Assembly (NCBI RefSeq): GCF_964355755.1
Contig: NC_092676.1
Location: 19,300,871 to 19,364,870, forward strand
Source: Antedon mediterranea
Taxonomy: Eukaryota > Animalia > Echinodermata
DNA: 64,000 nucleotides
Reading direction: 5' to 3'
In this document: positions 13,186 through 25,626 of the stretch, one piece after another
How positions within the stretch are numbered: the first letter of the stretch is position 1
How the letters are laid out: each line of letters begins with the position of its first letter
The notes under the pieces: model-generated
The model's database searches: none
Told to the model about the DNA's origin: nothing
Seen by the model: only the letters and a program-made list of their open reading frames with translations
Translations under genes and position numbers: made by a program

Positions 13186-14776
13186 CTAGACATGTAACTC
13201 GTCACTTTGACGAGTTAGTTATCCGCACGACAAACGCCACGTGCACGTCATACGTTAGAATATTGCACACAGAAAAAATTATGGCATTATGACCTGATCT
13301 GAAGAATACGATATGTTGTTAGTGCTGAATTCTGTCAATTTTATGTCATATAGTATATACATGCAAACAGTATAATCTGTATACATGTTACATACAGTGT
13401 AGAATAGGTGAAATTACGGGACCCGCCATTTATTCAAATTTGTAAAAACATGGCGACGGTATCAAGATGAAACACTAAGATAGCAATTTCGGAAGCAAAT
13501 TATCTCAGCAACAACATATTAACGTGTAGAAGAAATTTGAATACGTTTAATATTGATGCGCGCTCTTTTAAATATAATGAACTATGATGCAAAAGATGAA
13601 AATACGACTTTTTTTATTTAACTGGCAATATGATGACGTCACAGCATCTGATTGGCAAAATGTTCACAGGATTTCATATCTACAATCCAAGAGCTTCCAG
13701 AAAATGTTTTAATCGTGATTATCACATTTTATTTTGACGAGCTATTACAGATTAAAATTTACTGTAAAGATGAAATTAATGACCCACGTAATTAAAATTT
13801 TTAGGCATGATGACGTCATAAAAATTAAAATATTTTTATCTCATGCGAAAGATAGTTGATTGACCTAGACAATATTAAAATCTCGGAGAAAAAGAAATAC
13901 GTATAAGCGTGATGCGCTCCATTGAATGTGATGAGCAATAACGAAAGACAAAAAAATCCTATATTTTACATTCGTGTGGCCATATGATGACGTCACAACA
14001 TCCGTGAGGTAAAAATTCTGCATGAATTCATATCTACAACATATCTGCTTACATATTAAGTTAAAAAAATTAGGGGTAATCGTTGATCTTGAGAAGCTAT
14101 AAAACATTCAAAATAGGCATAATTTTGACAACATTTTGTAACTTTTTCAACTAAAACGCGCGCAAATGGGCTAAATCAACGTGTTCGTATGACGTAATTT
14201 TAATTTGAAATGATGTCAATCTTTTTGAAAATGACTAGGAAAGGCTGGAAAATCACAATTCAAGAGAAAAAAACATGATTTTCATGCTCTATGCGCACCG
14301 TGCGCGTAATATTTTTCGCGCGCGCGGTAATTTTGTACATGCTTAAAATGACATGAAACGCGTAGAAAGTTGATTAGAAATTATTTTTGCGCATTTTGAA
14401 ATTTTAAATGCGCGTGCGCGCGTAACTTTGTGTAAAACACGCAATTTTTTTCAAACAGAAAGTTAGCGCATGATATAAATTAAACTTTCACAAAGTGTCA
14501 ATTAAAAATCACTTTTAGTTTTTAATCTATGATCAATCATAAAAAATCATAAAATCGCGCGTAAGTCACGTTACGCAACTCTGACGTAATTCAAAAATAG
14601 GAGGTGCAGAACTTCACGTAAATGCCCACATGTTGTCAAAGTTATAAAATGTTATGTTTACACATTTTAGAGAAACGCTCTACACAAAAATAGCGAGAAA
14701 GAAAGAAGAATAATACAGAAAAAAATATTGATCCCATACAATAACAAGGAGTTATCCGCCAAGTGCGGATAACTAA
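13186..14776 (-). mobile_element. Family B element, complete
   Basis: CTAGACATGTAACTCGTCACTTTGACGAGTTAGTTATCCGCAC ... AGTTATCCGC-caagt-GCGGATAACT-AA. Confidence 0.83.
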
Positions 14777-16299
14777 CTAGACATGTAACTCGTCACTTTG
14801 ACGAGTTTGGTTATCCGCCGCGCAAGTGGTGCAACATTAACATTAAGAGGATAGGTTGAGGACAAAAGGAAGTGTTCACGTTGGCATTATGACCTGAACT
14901 GAAGAATATGATATGTTGTTATTGCTGAATTTTATTATTTAAATTCATATATAGTATACACAGTATAATCTGTATCCATATCACATACAGTGTAGAATAG
15001 GTGAAATTACGGAACCCGCTATTTATTGCAATTTTTAACATGTTGACGGTTTTAAAATGAAACGCAAAGGTAGCAATTCCGAAAAGAAATTATCTCAGCA
15101 ACAACGTATTAGCGTGTAGAAGAAATTTGAAGACGTGAAATATTGATGCGCGCTCTTTTAAGTGTAATGAATTATGACGCAAAAGATGAAAATACGACCT
15201 TTTTTATTTAACTGGCCATATGATGACGTCACAACATCCGATTGGCAACATTTTACATAATTTCGTATCTACAATCCAATAGCTTCCAGAAAAAGTTTTA
15301 ATCGTGATTATCACATTTTATTCTTACGAGCTATAACAGATTAAAATTTACAGTAAATATGAAATTAATGCCACACGTGATTTAAATTTTTAGGCATGAT
15401 GACGTCAAAAAAATTAAAATATTTTTAACTCATGCGAAAGATAGTTGATTGACCTAGACAATATCAAAATTGGGGTGAAAATGGAAAACGGATAAGTGGA
15501 GATGCGCTCTATTCAATGTGATGAGCTATGACAAAAGATACAAAAATCCTAAATTTTATATTCGCGTGGCCATACGATGACGTCACAATGTTCGGTTAGC
15601 AATATTAATACCTGATCCGATATCTACAACTCATCTACTTCCAGAATATGTCATCCACAAAAAGTTGACCGTCTAGTTTAGAAATTACGACTGTTTAAAA
15701 AAAGGCATATTTTAAACAAATTTGTTAAGCTTTTCATAAAAAACGCGCGCAAATTGTCCAATTCGACGTGCTCGTATGACGTATCTTTAAAACGAAATTG
15801 TTTAAAATTTAGTAAAATTACTAGAAAAGGCTGGAAAAATATAAATCACGCGAAAAAAATATGTTTTCAATGCTACGTGCGCACCGCACACGTAAAAATG
15901 TGCGCACGCGTGGGAATTTTTGACATGCTTAAAACGACATGAAACGCGTAGAAAGTTGATTATAAATTAATTTTGCGCATTTTGAAATTTTTAATGCGCG
16001 TGCGCGCGTAACTTTGTGTAAAACACGCAATTTTTTTTCAACAGAAAGTTAGCGCATGATATAAATTAAACTTTTGCAAAGTTTCAAGTTGAAATGTTAT
16101 TTGGTTGTCGAGCTATGTTAAATACGACAAAATCGTTAAATCGCGCGTACGTCACGTTGCGCAATTGTAAACATCATGAAAAGCTTCGCTGCACATCTTC
16201 ATGTGCATGACAATATGTTGAAAAAGTTACAAAATGTTATGTTTGCAAGTTTTCGAGAAAAGCGTTCCACAAAAATCATACAGAAAGAAAGAAGAGAAA
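14777..16299 (-). mobile_element. Family C element, headless
   Basis: CTAG...GACGAGTTTGGTTATCCGCCGCGC start; ends GAAGAGAAA|CTAG. Confidence 0.8.
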
Positions 16300-16444
16300 C
16301 TAGACATGTAACTCGTCACTTTGACGAGTTTGGTTATCCGCCGCGCAAGTGGTGCAACATTAACATTAAGGGGATAGGTTGAGGACAAAAGGAAGTGTTC
16401 ACGTTGGCATTATGACCTGAACTGAAGAATATGATATGTTGTTA

Positions 16445-18042
16445 TTGGTTATCCGCAACGAAGTTGCAGGATAACCTCTTGTGATTGTACGAAATCATCA
16501 TCATCTTTTTCTTAATCTTCTTTCTTTCTGTATGATTTTTGTGTAACGCTTTTCTCTAAAACTTGCAAACATAACATTTTGTTAACTATGTTAACATTTA
16601 GACATTTATGTAACGTCGTCAAGCGAAGCTTTTCATGATGTTTACAATCGCGCAACGTGACGTACGCGCGATTTAACGATTTTCTCGTATTTAACATATG
16701 TCGAAAACCAAATAACATTTTAAAGTGAAACTTTGCAAAAGTTTAATTTATATTATGCGCTAACTTTCTGTTGAAAAAAATTGCGTGTTTTACACAAAGT
16801 TACGCGCGCACGCGCATTTAAAATTTCAAAATGCGCAAAATTAATTTATAATCAACTTTCTACGCGTTTCATGTCGTTTTAAGCATGTCAAAAATTCCCA
16901 CACGTGCGCACATTTTTACGTGTGCGGTGCGCACGTAGCATTGAAAACGTATTTTTTTCGCGTGATTTATGTTTTTCCAGCCTTTTCTAGTAATTTTACC
17001 AAATTTTAAACAATTTCGACTTAAAGATACGTCATACGAGCACGTCGAATTGGACAATTTGCGCGCGTTTTTTATGAAAAGGTTAAAAAATTCGTTTAAA
17101 AAATGCCTTTTTTTAAACAGTCGTAATTTCTAAACTAGACGGTCAACTTTTTGTGGATGGGATATTCTGGAAGTAGATGAGTTGTAGATATCGGATCAGG
17201 TATTAATATGGCTAACCGGACATTGTGACGTCATCGTATGGCCACGCGAATATAAAATTTAGGATTTTTGTATCTTTTGTCATAGCTCATCACATTGAAT
17301 AGAGCGCATATCCACTTATCCGTTTTCAATTTTCACCCCGATTTTGACATTGTCTAGGTCAATCAACTATCTTTCGCATGAGTTAAAAATATTTTAATTT
17401 TTTTGACGTCATCATGCCTAAAAATTAAAATCACGTGTGGCAGTAATTTCATCTTTACAGTAAATTTTAATCTGTTATAGCTCGTAAGAATAAAATGTGA
17501 TAATCACGATTAAAACTTTTTCTGGAAGCTATTGGATTGTAGATACGAAATTATGTAAAAATGTTGCCAATTGGATGTTGTGACGTCATCATATGGCCAG
17601 TTAAATGAAAAAGGTCGTATTTTCATCTTTTGCGTCATAATTCATTACATTTAAAAGAGCGCGCATCAATATTTCACGTATTCAAATTTCTTCTACACGC
17701 TAATACGTTGTTGCTGAGATAATTTCCTTTCGGAATTGCTACCTTCGCGTTTCATTTTAAAACCGTCAACATGTTAAAAATTGCAATAAATAGCGGGTCC
17801 CGTAATTTCACCTATTCTATGTATGTCACTGTATGTGATATGGATACAGATTATACTGTGTATACTATATATGAATATAAATAATAAAATTCAGCAATAA
17901 CAACATATCATATTCTTCAGTTCAGGTCATAATGCCAACGTGAACACTTCCTTTTGTCTTCAACCTATCCCCTTAATGTTAATGTTGCACCATTTGCGCG
18001 GCGGATAACCAAACTCGTCAAAGTGACGAGTTACATGTCTAG
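16445..18042 (+). mobile_element. Family C element, complete, inverted orientation
   Basis: TTGGTTATCCGCAACGAAGTTGCAGGATAACC ... GACGAGTTACATGTCTAG. Confidence 0.85.
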
Positions 18043-19563
18043 TTCTTCTTTCTTTCTGTATGATTTTTGTGTAACGCTTTTCTCTAAAACTCGCAAACAT
18101 AACATTTCGGTAACTATCTTAACATATTGACATTTACGTAACGTCGTCAAGCGAAGCTTTTCATGATGTTTGCAATTGCGCAACGTGACGTACGCGCGAT
18201 TTAACGTTTTTCTCGTATTTAACATATGTTGAAAACCAAATAACATTTCAACTTGAAACTTCGCAAAAGTTTAATTTATATCATGCGCTAACTTTATGTT
18301 GAAAAAAAATTGCGTGTTTTACACAAAGTTACGCGCGCACGCGCATTTAAAATTTCAAAATGCGCAAAATTAATTTATAATCAACTTTCTACGCGTTTCT
18401 GGTCGTTTTAAGCATGTCAAAAATTCCCACGCGTGCGCACATTTTTACGTGTGCGGTACGCACGTAGCATTGAAAACGTATTTTTTTCGCGATTTATGTT
18501 TTTCCAGCCTTTTCTAGTAATTTTACCAAATTTTAAACAATTTCGACTTAAAGATACGTCATACGAGTACGTCGAATTGGACAATTTGTGCGCGTTTTTT
18601 ATGAAAAGGTTAAAAAATTCGTTTAAAATATGCCTTTTTTTAAACAGTCGTAATTTCTAAACTAGACGGTCAATTTTTTGTGGATGACATATTCTGGAAG
18701 TAGATGAGTGGTAGATATCGGATCAGGTATTGATATGGCTAACCGGACATTGTGACGTCATCGTATGGCCACGCAAATATAAAATTTAGGATTTTTGTAT
18801 CTTTCGTCATAGCTCATCACATTGAATAGAGCGCATCTCCACTTATTCGTTTTCCATTTTCACCCCGATTTTGATATTGTCTAGGTCAATCAACTATCTT
18901 TCGCATGAGTTAAAAATATTTTAATTTTTTTGACGTCATCATGCCTAAAAATTTAAATCACGTGTGGCATTAATTTCATCTTTACAGTAAATTTTAATCT
19001 GTTATAGCTCGTAAGAATAAAATGTGATAATCAAGATTAAAACTTTTTCTGGAAGCTATTGAATTTTAGATACGAAATTATGTAAAAATGTTGCCAATCG
19101 GATGTTGTGACGTCATCATATGGCCAGTTATATAAAAAAGGTCGTATTTTCATCTTTTGCGTCATAATTCATTACATTTAAACGAGCGCGCATCAATATT
19201 TCACGTATTCAAATTTCTTCTACATGCTAATACGTTGTTGCTGAGATAATTTCCTTTCGGAATTGCTAACTTCGCGTTTCATTTTAAAACCGTCAACACG
19301 TTAAAAATTGCAATAAATAGCGGGTCCCGTAATTTCACCTATTCTATGTATGTCACTGTATGTGATATGGATACAGATTATACTATGTATACTATATATG
19401 AATTTAAATAATAAAATTCAGCAACATATCATATTCTTCAGTTCAGGTCATAATGCCAACGTGAACACTTCCTTTTGTCCTCAACCTATCCCCTTAATGT
19501 TAATGTTGCACCACTTGCGCGGCGGATAACCAAACTCGTCAAAGTGACGAGTTACATGTCTAG
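18043..19563 (+). mobile_element. Family C element, headless, inverted orientation
   Basis: Starts in TTCTTCTTTCTTTC tract; ends CATGTCTAG at 19563. Confidence 0.83.
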
Positions 19564-20942
19564 TTGCTGAATTTTATTATTTAAATTCATATATAGTATA
19601 CACAGTATAATCTGTATCCATATCACATACAGTGTAGAATAGGTGAAATTACGGGACCCGCTATTTATTGCAATTTTTAACATGTTGACGGTTTTAAAAT
19701 GAAACGCGAAGGTAGCAATTCCGAAAGGAAATTATCTCAGCAACAACGTATTAGCGTGTAGAAAAAATTTGAATACGTGAAATATTGATGCGCGCTCTTT
19801 TAAATGTAATGAATTATGACGCAAAAGATGAAAATACGACCTTTTTTATATAACTGGCCATATGATGACGTCACAACATCCGATTGGCAACATTTTTACA
19901 TAATTTCGTATCTACAATCCAATAGCTTCCAGAAAAAGTTTTAATCGTGATTATCACATTTTATTCTTATGAGCTATAACAGATTAAAATTTACTGTAAA
20001 GATGAAATTAATGCCACACGTGATTTAAATTTTTAGGCATGATGACGTCAAAAAAATTAAAATATTTTTAACTCCTGCGAAAGATACTTGATTGACCTAG
20101 ACAATATCAAAATCGGGGTGAAAATGGAAAACGGATAAGTGGAGATGCGCTCTATTCAATGTGATGAGCTATGACGAAAGGTACAAAAATCCTAAATTTT
20201 ATATTCGCGTGGCCATACGATGACGTCACAATGTCCGGTTAGCCATATTAATACCTGATCCGATATCTACAACTCATTTACTTCCAGAATATGCCATCCA
20301 CAAAAAGTTGACCGTCTAGTTTAGAAATTACGACTGTTTAAAAAAAGGCATATTTTAAACAAATTTTTTAACCTTTTCATAAAAAACGCGCGCAAATTGT
20401 CCAATTCGACGTGCTCGTATGACGTATCTTTAAGTCGAAATTGTTTAAAATTTGGTAAAATTACTAGAAAAGGCTGGAAAAATATAAATCACGCGAAAAA
20501 AATACGTTTTCAATGCTACGTGCGCACCGCACCCTAAAAAATGTGCGCACGCGTGGGAATTTTTGACATGCTTAAAACGACATGAATCGCGTAGAAAGTT
20601 GATTATAAATTAATTTTGCGCATTTTGAAATTTTAAATGCGCGTGCGCGCGTAACTTTGTGTAAAACACGCAATTTTTTTTCAACAGAAAGTTAGCGCAT
20701 GATATAAATTAAACTTTTGCAAAGTTTCAAGTTGAAATGTTATTTGGTTGTCGAGCTATGTTAAATACGACAAAATCGTTAAATCGCGCGTAAGTCACGT
20801 TGCGCAATTGTAAACATCATGAAAAGCTTCGTTGCACATCTTCATGTGCATGACGATATGTTGAGAAAGTTACAAAATGTTATGTTTGCAAGTTTTAGAG
20901 AAAAGCGATCCACAAAAATCATACAGAAAGAAAGAAGACAAA

Positions 20943-22533
20943 CTAGACATGTAACTCGTCACTTTGACGAGTTAGTTATCCGCACGACAAACGCCACGTG
21001 CACGTCATACGTTAGAATATTGCACACAGAAAAAAATTATGGCATTATGACCTGATCTGAAGAATATGATATGTTGTTAGTGCTGAATTCTGTCAATTTT
21101 GTGTCATATAGTATATACATGCAAACAGTATAATCTGTATACATGTTACATACAGTGTAGAATAGGTGAAATTACGGGACCCGCCATTTATTCAAATTTG
21201 TAACATGGCGACGGTATCAAGATGAAACACTAAGATATAGCAATTTCGGAAGCAAATTATCTCAGCAACAACATATTAACGTGTAGAAGAAATTTGAATA
21301 CGTTTAATATTGATGCGCGCTCTTTTAAATATAATGAACTATGATGCAAAAGATGAAAATACGACTTTTTTTATTTAACTTGCAATATGATGACGTCACA
21401 GCATCTGATTGGCAAAATGTTCACATGATTTAATATCTACAATCCAAGAGCTTCCAGAAAATGTTTTAATCATGATTATCACATTTTATTTTGACGGGCT
21501 ATTACAGATTAAAATTTACTGTAAAGATGAAATTAATGACCCACGTAATTAAAATTTTTAGGCATAATGACGTCATAAAAATTAAAATATTTTTATCTCA
21601 TGCGAAAGATAGTTGATTGACCTAGACAATATTAAAATCTCGGAGAAAAAGAAATACATATAAGCGTGATGCGCTCCATTGAATGTGATGAGCAATAACG
21701 AAAGACAAAAAAATCCTATATTTTACATTCGTGTGGCCATATGATGACGTCACAACATCCGTGAGGTAAAAATTCTGCATGAATTCATATCTACAACATA
21801 TCTGCTTACATATTAAGTTAAAAAAATTAGGGGTAATCGTTGATCCTGAGAAGCTATAAAACATTCAAAATAGGCATAATTTTGACAACATTTTGTAACT
21901 TTTTCAACTAAAACGCGCGCAAATGGGCTAAATCAACGTGTTCGTATGACGTAATTTTAATTTGAAATGATGTCAATCTTTTTGAAAATGACTAGGAAAG
22001 GCTGGAAAATCACAATTCAAGAGAAAAAAACATGATTTTCATGCTCTATGCGCACCGTGCGCGTAATATTTTTCGCGCGCGCGGTAATTTTGTACATGCT
22101 TAAAATTACATGAAACGCGTAGAAAGTTGATTAGAAATTATTTTTGCGCATTTTGAAATTTTAAATGCGCGTGCGCGCGTAACTTTGTGTAAAACACGCA
22201 ATTTTTTTCCAACAGAAAGTTAGCGCATGATATAAATTAAACTTTCACAAAGTGTCAATTAAAAATCACTTTTAGTTTTTAATCTATGATCAATCATAAA
22301 AAATCATAAAATCGCGCGTAAGTCACGTTGCGCAACTCTGACGTAATTCAAAAATAGGAGGTGCACAACTTCACGTAAATGCCCACAGGTTGTCAAAGTT
22401 ATAAAATGTTATGTTTACACATTTTAGAGAAACGCTCTACACAAAAATAGCGAGAAAGAAAGAAGAATAATACAGAAAAAAATATTGATCCCATACAATA
22501 ACAAGGAGTTATCCGCCAAGTGCGGATAACTAA
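20943..22533 (-). mobile_element. Family B element, complete
   Basis: Both B-type termini. Confidence 0.83.
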
Positions 22534-25500
22534 CTAGACATGTAACTCGTCACTTTGACGAGTTTGGTTATCCGCCGCGCAAGTGGTGCAACATTAACAC
22601 TAGACATGTAACTCGTCACTTTGACGAGTTTGGTTATCCGCCGCGCAAGTGGTGCAACATTAACATTAAGGGGATAGGTTGAGGACAAAAGGAAGTGTTC
22701 ACGTTGGCATTATGACCTGAACTGAAGAATATGATATGTTGTTATTGCTGAATTTTATTATTTAAATTCATATATAGTATACACAGTATAATCTGTATCC
22801 ATATCACATACAGTGTAGAATAGGTGAAATTACGGGACCCGCTATTTATTGCAATTTTTAACATGTTGACGGTTTTAAAATGAAACGCGAAGGTAGCAAT
22901 TCCGAAAGGAAATTATCTCAGCAACAACGTATTAGCGTGTAGGAGAAATTTGATTACGTGAAATATTGATGCGCGCTCTTTTAAATGTAATGAATTATGA
23001 CGCAAAAGATGAAAATACGACCTTTTTTATTTAACTGGCCATATGATGACGTCACAACATCCGATTGGCAACATTTTTACATAATTTCGTATCTACAATC
23101 CAATAGCTTCCAGAAAAAGTTTTAATCGTGATTATCACATTTTATTTTTACGAGCTATAACAGATTAAAATTTACTGTAAAGATGAAATTGATGCCACAC
23201 GTGATTTAAATTTTTAGGCATGATGACGTCAAAAAAATTAAAATATTTTTAACTCATGCGAAAGATAGTTGATTGACCTAGAAAATATCAAAATCGGGGT
23301 GAAAATGGAAAACGGATAAGTGGAGATGCGCTCTATTCAATGTGATGAGCTATGACGAAAGATACAAAAATCCTAAATTTTATATTCGCGTGGCCATACA
23401 ATGACGTCACAATGTCCGGTTAGCCATATTAATACCTGATCCGATATCTACAACTCATCTACTTCTAGAATATGTCATCCACAAAAATTTGACCGTCTAG
23501 TTTAGAAATTACGACTGTTTAAAAAAAGGCATATTTTAAACGAATTTTTTAACCTTTTCATAAAAAACGCGCGCAAATTGTCCAATTCGACGTGCTCGTA
23601 TGACGTATCTTTAAGTCGAAATTGTTTAAAATTTGGTAAAATTACTAGAAAAGGCTGGAAAAACATAAATCACGCGAAAAAAATACGTTTTCAATGCTAC
23701 GTGCACACCGCACACGTAAAAATGTGCGCACGCGTGGGAATTTTTGACATGCTTAAAACGACATGAAACGCGTAGAAAGTTGATTAGAAATTAATTTTGC
23801 GCATTTTGAAATTTTAAATGCGCATGCGCGCGTAACTTTGTGTAAAACACGGAATTTTTTTTCAACAGAAAGTTAGCGCATGATATAAATTAAGCTTTTG
23901 CAAAGTTTCAAGTTGAAATGTTATTTGGTTGTCGAGCTATGTTAAATACGACAAAATCGTTAAATCGCGCGTAAGTCACGTTGCGCAATTGTAAACGTCA
24001 TGAAAAGCTTCGCTTGACGACGTTACGTAAATGTCAATATGTTAAGATAGTTACCGAAATGTTATGTTTGCGAGTTTTAGAGAAAAGCGTTACACAAAAA
24101 TCATACAGGTTGATTTCGTACAATCACAAGAGGTTATCCTGCAACTTCGTTGCGGATAACCAATTAAGGGGATAGGTTGAGGACAAAAGGAAGTGTTCAC
24201 GTTGGCATTATGACCTGAACTGAAGAATATGATATGTTGTTATTGCTGAATTTTATTATTTAAATTATATATAGTATATACACAGTATAATCTGTATCCA
24301 TATCACATACAGTGTAGAATAGGTGAAATTACGGGACCCGCTATTTATTGCAATTTTTAACATGTTGACGGTTTTAAAATGAAACGCGAAGGTAGCAATT
24401 CCGAAAGGAAATTATCTCAGCAACAACGTATTAGCGTGTAGAAGAAATTTGAATACGTGAAATATTGATGCGCGCTCTTTTAAATGTAATGAATTATGAC
24501 GCAAAAGATGAAAATACGACCTTTTTTATTTAACTGGCCATATGATGACGTCACAACATCCGATGGGCAACATTTTTACATAATTTCGTATCTACAATCT
24601 AATAGCTTCCAGAAAAAGTTTTAATCGTGATTATCAAATTTTATTCTTACGAGCTATAACAGATTAAAATTTACTGTAAAGATGAAATTGATGCCACACG
24701 TGATTTAAATTTTTAGGCATGATGACGTCAAAAAAATTAAAATATTTTTAACTCATGCGAAAGATAGTTGATTGACCTAGACAATATCAAAATCGGGGTG
24801 AAAATAGAAAACGAATAAGTGGAGATGCGCTCTATTCAATGTGATGAGCTATGACGAAAGATACAAAAATCCTAAATTTTAAATTCGCGTGGCCATACAA
24901 TGACGTCACAATGTCCGGTTAGCCATATTAATACCTGATCCGATACCTACAACTCATCTACTTCCAGAATATGTCATCCACAAAAAGTTGACCGTCTAGT
25001 TTAGAAATTACGACTGTTTAAAAAAAGGCATATTTTAAACGAATTTTTTAACCTTTTCATAAAAAACGCGCGCAAATTGTCCAATTCGACGTGCTCGTAT
25101 GACGTATCTTTAAGTCGAAATTGTTTAAAATTTGGTAAAATTACTAGAAAAGGCTGGAAAAACATAAATCACGCAAAAAAAATACGTTTTCAATGCTACG
25201 TGCGCACCGCACACGTAAAAATGTGCGCACGCGTGGGAATTTTTGACATGCTTAAAACGACATGAAACGCATAGAAAGTTGATTATAAATTAATTTTGCG
25301 CATTTTGAAATTTTAAATGCGCGTGCGCGCGTAACTTTGTGTAAAACACGCAATTTTTTTTCAACAGAAAGTTAGCGCATGATATAAATTAAACTTTTGC
25401 AAAGTTTCACTTTAAAATGTTATTTGGTTTTCGACATATGTTAAATACGAGAAAATCGTTAAATCGCACGTACGTCACGTTGCGCAATTGTAAACATCAT

Positions 25501-25626
25501 GAAAAGCTTCGCTTGATGACGTTACATAAATGTCAAAATGTTAACATAGTTAACAAAATGTTATGTTTGCAAGTTTTAGAGAAAAGCGTTACACAAAAAT
25601 CATACAGAAAGAAAGAAGATTAAGAA
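22534..25626 (-). mobile_element. Family C element (22534-22599 + 24164-25626), headless, split by a nested C copy
   Basis: ACATTAACA | TTAAGGGG rejoins to consensus. Confidence 0.83.
22600..24163 (-). mobile_element. Family C element, complete, nested; microsatellite-deleted variant
   Basis: CTAG 22600 to GGATAACCAA 24163; CATACAG joined directly to GTTGATTTCG. Confidence 0.85.

Larger units (their letters stand above)
16300..20942 (-). mobile_element. Family C element (16300-16444 + 19564-20942), headless, split by an inverted insertion
   Basis: GTTGTTA | TTGCTGAATTT rejoins to the consensus GTTGTTATTGCTGAATTT. Confidence 0.83.

Noticed and set aside
13186-14776. MITE / cut-and-paste TIR element
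   Set aside because: The inverted repeat is asymmetric (one arm about 30 bp internal) and reconstructed empty sites show no target duplication.
16300-20942. Misassembly at the inversion
   Set aside because: Both breakpoints coincide exactly with element termini and the host rejoins to consensus; read support should still be checked.
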